This document shows positions 14,270-25,813 of a DNA stretch of 64,000 nucleotides, piece by piece. The notes under the pieces were generated by a model. The model was not told the origin of the DNA and did no database searches. It was given only the letters and a program-made list of their open reading frames with translations. The stretch lies in the NCBI GenBank assembly GCA_002633005.1, contig NMRA01000448.1, forward strand, positions 1-64,000. Reading direction: 5' to 3'. The translations under genes were made by a program, and so were the position numbers. This DNA is from Phoronis australis. Lineage: Eukaryota; Animalia; Phoronida. Numbering within the stretch: the stretch's first letter is position 1; every line of letters starts with the position of its first letter.

Positions 14270-14495
14270 CTAGTGTAAACACTTGTGGCAAAATTCGGAT
14301 GAAAATTGTGCAGCCAAGACAATACCACAGAGAACTTCATCTTAAGTAAACTGTACAAAACATGAGATTCTCCATCAACTCTGGGGTTTAATGTTATTAG
14401 ATTACGACAACAGAACAATGCAAGAACTGCGTTAGGCAAAGAAATCAACTTGTTATGATAACGATGATACGGACACAGTGTCAAAATTTACTCAC

Positions 14496-16082
14496 CCATG
14501 CAATCCAAACAGGTTATTCGATCGTAAATGGCAGTTTCCAGGCTGTCGTCGAGGAAGTATCTTTCCAATCCAGGGAGGAGCGACATTGTGTGCTTCTCAG
14601 AGGCCAAATACACAGGTCGCTCATTCTTCGAGAATTTGGCGAATGTTCCATCCGCGAGAGGAAGTAGTTCCAACCCCTCGATGTTGCTGTAGTCCTCATC
14701 CAGTAAACAATAGTGTAAAAGTGTGAATTTTTCTCTCCAACCATATTGCTTGAATTTTGAAAACGTTTTCAACTTCTCTCTCACAAGTGCTGGAGTAACT
14801 CGTTTATAACTTTGCCCCCAGTAGAGATTTATTGCAGATTCTATGTGCTTCGGAATGACTGCTACGTTTTCAATGGCAGACAATAGCGTTTCAATAACCA
14901 CTTTCCTCATAAACGACTGATCCTCGGGAGACGCGTCAATGACTACACTATCAACTTTTAACCACTGGCCTTTCTTCAAAGGCGAGAATAAAATGGATTT
15001 GGAAAGTAACTGTTCAAAGAAAGGCTTAAGCATGATTTTCCATTTCTCGTCCACTTCGCTGATATCGGGAATCATCTCATAAAACTGCATATGCGATATC
15101 GTCTGCTGTGTGCCTTCTTTTATCCACGAGATCACTTTCAGCAAGAGCTCAGCATAGACATCCGGGACTATTTCCCGTAGGACACACTGGTTCCATATGC
15201 ATGCTTTATCCAGAACTAGTTTCTCGGCTCCCTGGTCTGTAGTTGGCCATTTGAGAAACTGTCTGTTCTGACTAACGGCAAAGAAACCGTTCACGTGACA
15301 GGGAAGGCCAGTTTGACTGCGTTTATGAAGCGGAAGTGGTAAAAAACAAAAGACGTGGCCTTGCGGCTCTTCGTGTGACACATGCTCTCGTTTTTCCTCG
15401 GGAACACGCACTGCAACGCCAACCCGAGGCGTAAACGTGACATCACTATTGCACAGTATGTCTTTCATTTCTTCGCTGAACTTACCATCCTTGACACAAT
15501 GGCTGACAATGTAAGTTTCTGTACTAGAGCTTTTTGATTTTTTCTCATAAAGAACAGTTTCTATGGTAATAGGGTAGATCATTGTTACGGTTTCGGATTT
15601 TTTTCGCTTGGAAAATTTTTCAAGAAATTCGCGTCTTCTTGAGCGAACCTGCGATAGACACTTCTTTGCAATGGAGACACTAAAACGTAAACGGGGCTCT
15701 TTATCGTTGGCCAAACGCTCGTAAACCTCTACAGTCTCGACTGAACTTAAAAACAACGGTATAAAGTGAGCGATTCGCTGAAAACACATGAAAAGACCAT
15801 CAACTTTGTCGCCTGAATACAATGTGTCGCACAGCTTTGAGGCAGTCTGCCGTAGGGGAAATCGGAATAAGGTTCCTTTATACGACCCTGTGTCAAACGT
15901 CCGTTGTGAGCAATCAAAAATACCACGGAAAGGGGCGAATTGGTCCGGAATTTTACGAATCTCTTCCTTGTCTTCGCGGAGATGCCACATGTAACCCGTC
16001 GTTCGATGACCATCTTCTTGAAAATATTTTTCATGCGGATCTATAACGCCGATTTTGTTCCCACTCAAAACGGTCGGAATGT
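14496..16082 (-). CDS. SACS: Sacsin exon (1,587 nt), SRR1 body
   Basis: Within ORF 14488-16098. Acceptor TTTACAG|AC, donor G|GTGAGT. Motifs GTLFRFPLR, FCFLPLP and TGLPCHVNGFFAVSQNR. Confidence 0.93.
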
Positions 16083-16386
16083 CTGTAAACATACACATAC
16101 GGTTTTTAGAGCAATGAGCAATTCGTGAAAATCAAGCTAGTTTCATTTTGATTGCCTATTCTCTGCAGTCACCTAACTGTTTTGTAGGTCGAAGTACTGT
16201 AAAAGTGAACACAGCCTTATTCTACAAGAAACAAGCTGTATAACATTTTTCAACTGTTGTCTTTGATGCTCTTTGCTGCTGGAAAGGCAGTTTCATGGCC
16301 TAAGCTTCATAACTACAGATATATAACTGATGCTTATCACTGCTGTATACATGCCCTTAATTAAAACACATTTCAAATTGGATCAC

Positions 16387-16534
16387 CTGTCATGTGGAAA
16401 ACGGATTTAAAACCAAGACCGAATCGCCCAACTTTCATGGGGTCGTTCTTTTTCACGCTGTCACTCAACATTTTAAGTCCCACCCAGTCGTCGTCGGTGA
16501 ACATGGCGTCATTGTAAGCGTAGAGGGCGGGTCC
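16387..16534 (-). CDS. SACS: Sacsin exon (148 nt), SRR1 GHKL-like G-box region
   Basis: CTAG|GPALYAYNDAMFTDDDWVGLKMLSDSVKKNDPMKVGRFGLGFKSVFHMT-G|GTGATC, phase 0/1. Confidence 0.92.
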
Positions 16535-16896
16535 CTAGCGACAAAATCAAAGTTAAGAAACTAAGAATGCCTGTATATGAAAGACGTATAACGAATGACA
16601 TAGATGGGTATCGGATTTCCGTGAAACCATGCAAACAACCAATCGAGCATTTAACGCTGGGCCTTGTGGCACAAAGTTCAGGAAACTAAGTTTGTGATTT
16701 GTGCCTTGATATAAACCATTGTTGCAATATATGGAAACTAGACTCAGTTGTCCTATTAAACCTATCAAATAACCTTAAAGAAATGTACTTCAACGTTACG
16801 AAAATACAGCCTTTAAAGAATTCACGGCATAGCCACAAATAATTCGGAGGACTTTCTAATGAGTCAAACCACTAAAATTATGTCATAGCCACGCAC

Positions 16897-17013
16897 CTGG
16901 AATGCGACGAGGTCAGGGTGATGCATTTTAGCGGGATCGCCTGCATAACTGTGTTCGTTATAAAGAAACTTGACATGGCTCGCCCCAGCATCCTCTGCGT
17001 TCTGGATCAGCTC
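16897..17013 (-). CDS. SACS: Sacsin exon (117 nt), SRR1 N-box
   Basis: TTGTAAG|ELIQNAEDAGASHVKFLYNEHSYAGDPAKMHHPDLVAFQ|GTGCGT, phase 0/0. Confidence 0.92.
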
Positions 17014-17639
17014 CTTACAAACAAATATTTTAATACTGTCAACAATAATTAACGATAGAGATAACTATTTCAGTGAGTCTTTTGCATTTCGCGTTCAGTG
17101 TGGATCAGTGCAAACAAAAAACAAAAATGCTGGACCAAGTTACCTTACAGTACATGCAGATATAACTAAAAGTAACGCGTTCTATTTTCTCAAAAAATGC
17201 ACAAATGTTAAGTAAATTTGAGAGGCCAAATGGGTCTTAGCTTTTTGAAAGCTGGTGTTTCTTGTATGTGTGCATTGTCTTGGCTGGATGATTTGTGTCT
17301 TTTGTCTATTCTTAGCACGCTTCTATTAGATTTTGCCTTGAACTGAAAATGCAACACTATCGACCGTATTTTATTATAAAGGGTAATATTCATCCACATG
17401 TTACTTTAAAACTTTCTCCTCGAATTTTCTTGAACGAGCGCTTGGCATAAATATGCATACGCGTAAATTAGACAATGGCAGATTGGTCTAAAAGCGTCTA
17501 TATACGGTACGTGTTAAGAATACTGGACTATTCCGTTCCTTCAACTTAGCAATTAATTAAAACAAACTTTCACCTGCAAAGCACGGAAATACGTTTACCA
17601 AGTAAATGCAGGTAATATGACTCATAAACATATGAAAAT

Positions 17640-19300
17640 AGTTTAAACCCTTCTCCGCATGGTCATAAGTACTTGAAATTGGTTACCAACAATTTTGGTG
17701 TAATATTGTAAATATTTTCTCTTCCATTTGTGAATTTTTAATCACGAAATAAACGCAAAAATTAAAAAACTTAAATTTTTGTGTTACGTCATCAACGAAT
17801 CCGGTCTCCGCCTGTGTTGCTCTACACCAGCCGCGAGCAGTGGTGATCTCGAAAACTGAGTTCGACTGATTATTATGAAAAGTTGCATGTAGGGAGGAGG
17901 CAGTCGATTGCAGTGATAGCAATCGAGTAGACAATATTTCAGTTTTTGCGTTTCTAAGATCACCCAGAAACCTCACATGTTACGGACACGGGTATTGCAG
18001 TACACGGTGAAGCAAGCGATAAGTTCAGGGGCCACGCTGTGCTCGCTCAGCCCATTTTGAAGAATTGTGTTTCCATCCGTCACAGAAACGGAGATTTGAT
18101 GAAAATTTCTCCAACGTGTAAGTGCATTTGATGAAGAGAAAGTGTATTGTGTTGTAACGTTGCTGGGAACGTAGTTGTCAGGCTCATACTGAGTATGAGT
18201 CTCAGCATCAAGTTATGACTGAGATAATGAATGTGCTTACAGTAAGTTTCCATCAGTCTATTCTTGTTCAAGATTTTTTGGGAATGCGTCCTATCCACAT
18301 AAACGCCAATACCCAATCGTAGAAAATGGGATGTAAATGTCCTGCAAATAATTTGAAGTCAAGACCGCAGCCGGCACAGCGGCTGCAGTCGGACACTGGA
18401 CCGAAATAATCACAACTGTACAAAGCTTTCGTGATTTTGGAACATACAAGACAGAAATGAGTATTATTTACAAGAAATAAAATCCAGTTAGCCTCACTAC
18501 AATTATATATGATCGTTCCTGCCAAACGCACTTGGCACTTGAAGAAATGAAATCAGTGTCTGCTATTCGCGACTGGACCTTGACAGGTAGGGTACAAACT
18601 TCGGGTATATTTACAGTTCGAGACACATATTTCTAGACACTAAAGTGGTTAGAAAGTTAAATCGTGATTCAGTAAAAGGACTGTCTGCAGACTGAGTGGG
18701 CTCCGACACGGCTTCACTGGCTGAAAACCCCAGTGCGGGAGAGTCGATTTCGCACGGCCTCAAACACGCAGTCTGCCGATATGGTGAGGTCAAACTCATT
18801 ACCAATTTCACCAATGGGCTGAATGTTGTCTTCACCGCCATCTCCATGCCTGTCTTCATAATACTGGTCAAGCTCGCTCTCCACGTCTAAGTAACTTACA
18901 AAATAATAACTATCCGCCATAGCATATATACTGTTAACTGATCAACGTTTTTCACTGATGACAACACGTGGCGGAAAACCAAAAAAATAATTAAATTTTC
19001 TTCAAAATTGAAAATTCCTCAATTATTATTATTATTATTAAGTCCTCGTTTGGTTATATTTTGGATTATAAAATTATTACACGGTCTAAAACCTCAAAAA
19101 GCGCAAAAATCCATTGCAGAAACGCTTTAGCTTTTAGATTCTTTTTTCTGTCGATTTTATTTGTTATAATTAGACAAATGCATGCCACTTTTGTATTGGC
19201 TATTAGTCACGCTACTATAGCTTCGACAGGCTCAGCCGTACATCCTATAAGGAAAATTAGTTGCTACGGAAATTATGGGTTTTTCAATCAACATTTTAAG
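17640..19300 (-). pseudogene. Possible decayed DNA-transposon relic (piggyBac-like?) in a sacsin intron
   Basis: Broken minus-strand ORFs with an acidic N-terminus (18920-18714) followed by FGP..LDFKLF..LMET..FLG fragments, and ttaaaccctt at about 17643. Weak evidence; boundaries are approximate. Confidence 0.25.
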
Positions 19301-19511
19301 TTGATTTCTGATCTTACTGGTTCATGTAACCTACAGGAAATAAGAATTAAATAATACTCCACACATATACCTAGTTGCCTTGTTGATTTATTTTCGCAAA
19401 CTATAAATTTCCACGTCATTAACCGACATCCAGTCACTTTTGTTTTCACCTCTGTAGTCCTCGTGGACTAGTGGAAGTGAGAGGTCCACGTGAAAATACG
19501 AACCAACATAC

Positions 19512-19597
19512 CTTCAGTATTTGCCCATCGTCTTGATATTGGTCTAGTATAGTTTTCAACTGCTGGATGAGTGAGGGTTGAATTAGGTTGAAGCGTC
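19512..19597 (-). CDS. SACS: Sacsin exon (86 nt), start of SRR1
   Basis: TTTCAG|(G)RFNLIQPSLIQQLKTILDQYQDDGQILK|GTATGT, phase 1/0. Resembles the sacsin block ..LKDILRRYPEGGQILK. Confidence 0.9.
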
Positions 19598-20691
19598 CTG
19601 AAAGGTTAAAAAGGACAATGATAAGTCATGTAATATCGTTTTGATAATAGGTGATCTCTTATTTAGCATCATATACTGTACAATGACCGGAGGCCTAAAC
19701 ACTCTTTACAGCGACTATCATGAGATAGGATAAACGAGACGTTATCACTTAACAATAAATAACAGACATGCACATATCAATTATAAATAATATACATGAA
19801 CATATACAGTTTACAAAGTGCGGAGCCAACCGGTAAGCTAAAGCGGTTATTAACTTCAATTCCGACAAAGAAGCGAACTTTTGGATTAGATCATTTACTG
19901 TAAATTGGTCTCGACTAGTTCCTTAGTTAAAGATAAAAGATGGCTTCTGGGCTTCGAAATAACTAAGAGTTTTATATTTGTTTGAGACCATGCTCGGCGA
20001 ACAAAATGACCAGCCGGGTCAAGCCAATCTGTTGAACCTCGTCTATGAACTAGTAATCCATTGAAAGCACAAAAGTGAGTAAGGAACAAGTGAAGACCAA
20101 CTTTATACATGTAAGCGGTCCGAGTAAAAATATATTCAATGTGGATGACGTCACTTCAACTATAGATAAAATCAAAGTCCTCAACTAAGTTACCAGCAAA
20201 GATAATTCCATTACAACAGCTTTCGATTTGTTTATCAGAGACAATAGGCACACATGACATATAGTACCCCTGAGCTGAAGGGAAATGGCGCCTAAGGAAA
20301 TGAGTGATCAGAACGAAGTTCATCGGCGATCTACAAATCAAACATTCTTTCAGGGATTTTCATATCAAGACCCGTTCTGAAACGCTAGATACTCGCCAGT
20401 GAAAGATTTAGATTTGGTTGGTTTTGCTCAAAGCCTGGGGTTAAATCTTTGTACTCGAAATCGAACTCAAAATTATTTTCGGATGTCGTTCAGTTGACCA
20501 ATTTTTGCGAGAAAGGTAAGATCCCCCAAGTGTTCGCGAGCTATCGCTATCGTATGTAAGGCAGTTTTTGAAGAAATATCGCCGTGCGTTACTAGCGAAA
20601 CACGTGATGACAATATTTTTTCACGGGTGTCTCGCAGAACGCACCTTCTGTGGGCCCATTGCATTGATTCATCTGGAACCATTTTTATGTT

Positions 20692-20736
20692 TCTAGCTCT
20701 TCAACTCGATTTAAAAAATCGAGTTGAAGAGCTAGA
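20692..20736. repeat. Perfect palindrome, 21-bp stem and 3-nt loop
   Basis: tctagctcttcaactcgattt-aaa-aaatcgagttgaagagctaga. Confidence 0.95.
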
Positions 20737-20738
20737 GC

Positions 20739-20812
20739 CCTGTGCAAACTCGAACCCAGGCCACTAAGTAAAGCCTAAGCTAACACATATCCCACAAGGC
20801 CACACTGCTTCC
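20739..20812 (-). mobile_element. Degenerate tRNA-derived SINE head
   Basis: The minus strand has an A-box-like TGGCCTTGTGG and a B-box-like GGTTCGAGTT at tRNA-like spacing, but no intact cloverleaf. Confidence 0.45.
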
Positions 20813-20945
20813 TCAACTGGAGGATCGTAGCTGGAATTAAAATGCGTGATGGTGGAATATTTTTATCACCTGCATCTGACAAATATGTTTTAGTTGCATA
20901 TCCACTGGCGGATCTAAGTTGCCGTAAGGGTCCTCAACAGCACAT

Positions 20946-21289
20946 GTGTGTTAAAGATGTGTCACATATGATATCATAGTTGAGACGTTTTTCATTGGCG
21001 CTTATTAGAATTCAGTACAATATGTACATTTTGGATTTATGATCGGCGAGTCTTTACTACATTTAGCACAAAAGCGCATAAATATTTGGAAGACTACGGT
21101 TGGAGAATACCACTACGGGTATTTGATATGATTTTGAGACAGGACCTCAGGTCACGTCCTTGAAAATACTTTATGTATGTCATTCATATACTGCAGAGAA
21201 TTCCGAGCCCATTTCTTATCTAAAATTATACACTGTTTGAACCTTTGGTCATTGATGTGAAACGGAAAACGAGGGCAATTAAAATTGCT
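20946..21289 (+). repeat. ~345-bp direct repeat, copy A
   Basis: Matches 21986-22345 (gtgtgttaaagat...aattaaaattgct) at roughly 90% identity by eye. Confidence 0.9.
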
Positions 21290-21889
21290 GCAAACGGTTT
21301 AGGAGATGCAGCCATAGGCGCAAAAAAAAATAAAATGCCACTAGGAGGCACCACAGTGGTCGAAGTCGTCGGAAAATCCTCGTCAACCGTCTTCGTAGTA
21401 AAAACATACATGCCAATGTTCACAATCATGCTTCGAGCGGTTTGGTTGATAGAGGGGTGGACGTCAAAAAAAAAAGACTCGAAAACAGTAAAAATGGCCA
21501 CTAAGTGGCGCAAATTACGTCAAATCCATCCGAAAACATGCAGATACCGTCGTCTGACTAATAGACGCCTATATACCAAATTTTATAAAAATACTTTGAG
21601 GACCTTGAAGATACAGAGGTAAACGTAAAAAAATAAAATTGCCACTAGGGAGCACACCGGTAGTCGAATCCGTCCGAAAGTTCGCTCATGCCGTCCCACA
21701 ATGAAAGGAACACGTGTGCAAAATTTCATGAACATACGTCAATCCGTTTTGGAGAGAGCAGCGGACGCCGGACGCCGGACGGACGCCGGACGGACGCCGC
21801 CCAGACGGACAGACGCCGCCCGGACGGACGGACGGACGCAGATCACGGCATAATGCGTCCACATATAAATATGTGGGCACGTAAAAATG
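21290..21889 (+). mobile_element. Helentron-associated non-autonomous element (HINE/DINE-1-like)
   Basis: Three degenerate ~150-bp internal repeats (aaaatgccactagg..cgaaa at about 21332, 21491 and 21636), a (GGAC)n-like tract at 21762-21838, a hairpin CCACATAT-aa-ATATGTGG at 21859-21876, then an A-run. Confidence 0.7.
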
Positions 21890-21985
21890 GGACGTTGGGG
21901 CGTTTTGTGGTTGTCCGTAGGTCCCCTCTTAATCTACCAATGATACCTGACGTATTGTTCCAACCATAATGACTGCACCGCACTC

Positions 21986-22345
21986 GTGTGTTAAAGATAT
22001 GTCACATATGATACCATAGTTGAGACGCTTTTCATTGGCGCTTATTAGAATTCAGTACAATATGTAGTACATATTGTACAGTACATTTTGTATTTATGAT
22101 CGGCGAGTCTTTAGTAAATTTAGCACAAAAGCGCATAAATATTTGGAAGACAAAGGTTGGAGAATACCACTACGAGTACTTGATATGATTTTGAGGCAGG
22201 ACTTCAGGTCACGTCCTTGAAAATACTTCATGTATGTCATTCATATACTGCAGAGAATTCCGAGCCCATTTCTTATCTAAAATCATACACTGTTTTAACC
22301 TTTGGTCATTGATGTGAAACGGAAACTGCGGGAATTAAAATTGCT
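21986..22345 (+). repeat. ~360-bp direct repeat, copy B
   Basis: Matches 20946-21289, with a short internal insertion near 22068-22085. Confidence 0.9.
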
Positions 22346-22379
22346 ACTAACCACATTGCCAAGTGAATTGAGAGCTTAC

Positions 22380-22383
22380 CCAT
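22380..22383 (-). CDS. SACS: Probable sacsin start: ATG-G at the 3' end of an 84-nt exon (22380-22463)
   Basis: TTTTTAG|...TGA TTC AGA ATG G|GTAAGC. The phase 1 donor matches the next exon and gives MGRFNL; there is an in-frame TGA two codons upstream. Confidence 0.65.
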
Positions 22384-23046
22384 TCTGAATCAGTTTTCAA
22401 CCAACTTCATGAGAAAACTCTCCACCACGTCATACAGAATCGTCCGTTTCTGCTGCAACCATCCTAAAAACACAGTTCATATTTCAATCCAAAAACGCAA
22501 GATCGTGCACGCCTTCGCGAGATGCACCATTAAAGAGAAACGCGTGGTCACACTAACGTTTCTCGCGAGTGTCTGGCGTATGTGAAACGCAACACGGTTG
22601 GGAGGTGGGCCAAGTAATCATCGTCATAATGCGAATACCACAACGAAAAATCACGATTAAATATAAGATTATTAAAAAACAACATTAGTTAAACAGACGT
22701 AGGATAACAGGACATTGGTTGAAGTTTCAACAATATGTAATGGCTAAGCAATTTGCTTGTAATGCCAGAGGCCAAACCATTAAATAACGCGAGTTTTACA
22801 TTGCGAACGGTTTGTGCTTAGTGGATTAGGACTTCAAAACTGATGTAGTACAGAGACAACGGATGCGGTTTGGCATAACCTTGGTTCGTAGCCATCGATA
22901 AAAGTGAAAACATCTCCACGGCTACGGTACTTCTACCCAACTTCTCTGTTTTAATGCATCTCATCTCAGACGCGCAAAATAAGTGGAAAAATATTTAAAA
23001 CCACGTGATATTTACCAAATAAAACACAGTGCACCGCATTGCTTAC

Positions 23047-23210
23047 CTCCACGAAGAAGATGAAATACGTCGTGGCTTCGACTACTAATCATCAGAGCTG
23101 TAATTACAAATTGCATTGAACGTTATTGGATGTGTGCGCTACGGCGTTCAGAAGACTTCACTTGATCATGTGACCGAAATGACTCACTTTCGTTAACGTA
23201 GCCAATAGCA
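23047..23210 (-). promoter_or_regulatory. Probable upstream sacsin exon and promoter region
   Basis: Strong donor GGAG|GTAAGC at 23047/23046 and a CCAAT-like motif (agccaatag) near 23200. The 5' boundary is uncertain. Confidence 0.4.
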
Positions 23211-25669
23211 ATGTTAGGAACCTCACCTCGCAAGGGAAGTGGTTGCCACCGAGGATAAACAAGAACTGGCATATTCAGTTTACATTTACGACCACTAATA
23301 CAAGTTCATGGTGTGCGTTAAATAAATGGGTTCAAATCACAAGCTGCGGAGTCTCGGTTACTACACACACGAAAGTACAAATGGCAAATCAGTCGGCAGT
23401 TGATTTTTATTCATACATACAATGTTCATCGTAACACTTGGGCGACGATGATGATTTAACCCAAAGTTTATTACACGCAGACGCGCAGACGACTAACAGA
23501 GATGGGGAGCATGCACAGATCGATATAATTCTTACGTAACAGTATATTGATCGTGTCTGTTCAGCTAGTCTTTGGAAAGAATTAACACAACGAGAACTTC
23601 AGAAGCGCATCCTGTGTCATTCGCGCATAAAAATTCTAATAGACAAACAATGATCCAGCGGGCACAGTAAAATTACTTCACAATCGGTGCCTTACTTTGG
23701 CTTGAATAATGCATCTTGCAGTCAGCCTCTAATACAATGACAATGCAGAGCATCGGACCAAAATTGATGTCAGTCACCAAAACAACAATGTTAACAATAT
23801 ACGTGTAGGCATACGTACATTGCGAAAATACAGATCCCTACTACGGATTTGTGAATTTAGCTGCATTGAAATGCAGTTATCAGCTTAAACCAATTGCTTC
23901 GCCGCTTTAATAGTCGCGCAAATCGGAGACGAAATCATATTCGTTAAAATGCCACCTCCTCAAAATAATGAATCGAAAGACAGAAAATACTAATGCGACA
24001 AACCAGTACTCTACATTGGCCTATAGATTGGAAAGTGTGGAAATCAACAGGCCCATAGCCACGTTCTATAAGAGCAACTCGAAGTCCACGATTGAAAGGA
24101 GTTTAGGAGGTAACAGCCGCAGATGTGCAAATGCCACCAGGGGGCAACACAGTGATCGGACAGGTCCGAAAATCAACATCATTCGTGCTCTTGTCATTAG
24201 GAACACGTCCGTCAATTAGGAAAATAATGTTCTGAACGGTGTGGTGGATGTGGAGGAAGACGAAGAAACAAACTAAAAGAATAATAACTATGACAACTCA
24301 CTAGCCCAGCATTCGTCCCAAATTTTTGTCGTCTGCATAATAGATTTTTTGACAAATTTCATGAAAAACTGTCAAGGAACTCTGAAAAGGCAGAAATAAA
24401 CATAAAAAACACTAGAGTGTACAATGGTGAGACTTCACGAAACGTTGCCATGCATTACAACCGAAGCGTTTGTTTACTTTGTGAGCCAACACTGGCGTGT
24501 ATTATGATATTAAAAATATCTTGTCAGGGTTATGCGACTATTTTTAGGCGAAAGAAGCGTGCATCAAATGTAATGTCAAGTGGCCATTTTAAATGCATTT
24601 GAAATCTGGGCTTCAGGTCTACTGTTTCCGTTACTTGTAGAAGTATCTGATAACCGAAAATTCCGAAAGGTTGTTTCCCATGCACTTCAGTTGCAGTGAT
24701 TCGTCACTCGCCTACGGCAACCTGATTTAAAAGCAAATGCAACAAGACATTTCAAATGTCGAAAGATATTTTTTTACTTGAACTATATCTATTTTTAATC
24801 ATGGTAAATCCAATTGCATTTTTTAAGGTCAGATACGTAGCCAGGGGGTTCGAGGGCTCCCTCCAGCATATCCGTTACGCATAGGATATAGATGAACTAC
24901 AACATCAAGAAAATTGTTGTAGTTACTACTGGTACTACTAAAAACTGTAATAATTAAGTTGCTCATAATTTCAAATTTGGTTTTGAATCAAAGCGCTTTA
25001 CGTAATCACTTGGGCCGTATCCGCCCAACTTCGCCAAGTGGCCATGTGTTGAGTACTAGATGACAGGTTCGTGCAGACGACGATTAGAGGACGCTTTACG
25101 TTACTGACAGTCATAAGCCACTGACTACCACGCTGAACGCGCGTGGTGATTGTATTATATGGTAACACGGGCCTAAAACTAAATGTCTATACCTAAATAG
25201 GAGCGAGCGGTCCCAAAAAATATTGTGTGAATGGCTTAAAATCGATCAACCTACAAAACAGCACAAGATGTTATTGTTACTGATGTTTCGGTATACTTGC
25301 CATAGTGATGTGCTGACTTCTTAATTTTTGAATTGAAAGTGATCATCAAATATGTTGTTCATCCAGTTCCCGCTTTGGTTGGGTATCGGTGGATTGACAT
25401 TAGGAAATGTCATTGCAGTAAATTATTTCAATGTTTAACGTTGCATCCACCTTTTATTGGCACGTCCAATACTGACATTCTGCTTGAAGTTTTAAAAGTT
25501 GTCAATCTCAGTTTAAAACGCATTTTACCAAACCACATTTAAGTGGACTCGCTAAATGCCGTCGATTTCCACGATATGCTGTTTGACAGTTCTCAGTGGG
25601 CCGACTCGACGACGAGTTAGTCTCGCCACCTGGTGACTGCCGAAGCTCCTGATCACACCCGCCTGACCC

Positions 25670-25813
25670 GGGTAGAGTTCAGTAACGTTAGGGCCTCGCA
25701 CGACTTCGCGAGATAACGTGAGATATTGCCGTGTATTTTAAATGAGAACACGTGATTTTGGCAAGATTTTAACGAGGGCCTAGCGTAAGTCCTAGCGTTA
25801 CTGAAAACTACCC
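25670..25813. mobile_element. MITE (TTCAGTAACG TIR family), copy 1
   Basis: TIRs gggtagagttcagtaacgttagg and cctagcgttactgaaaactaccc. The internal sequence matches 42394-42542 in inverted orientation. Confidence 0.8.

Noticed and set aside
21-16128. Many plus-strand ORFs of 60-167 aa
   Set aside because: They are antisense shadows of sacsin exons with no recognisable motifs.
20739-20812. tRNA gene
   Set aside because: A and B boxes are degenerate and no acceptor or anticodon stems are evident; treated as a SINE-like remnant.
21226-21969. ORFs 21245-21622, 21688-21969 and antisense partners
   Set aside because: They are translations of the HINE-like repeat and its GGAC tract.
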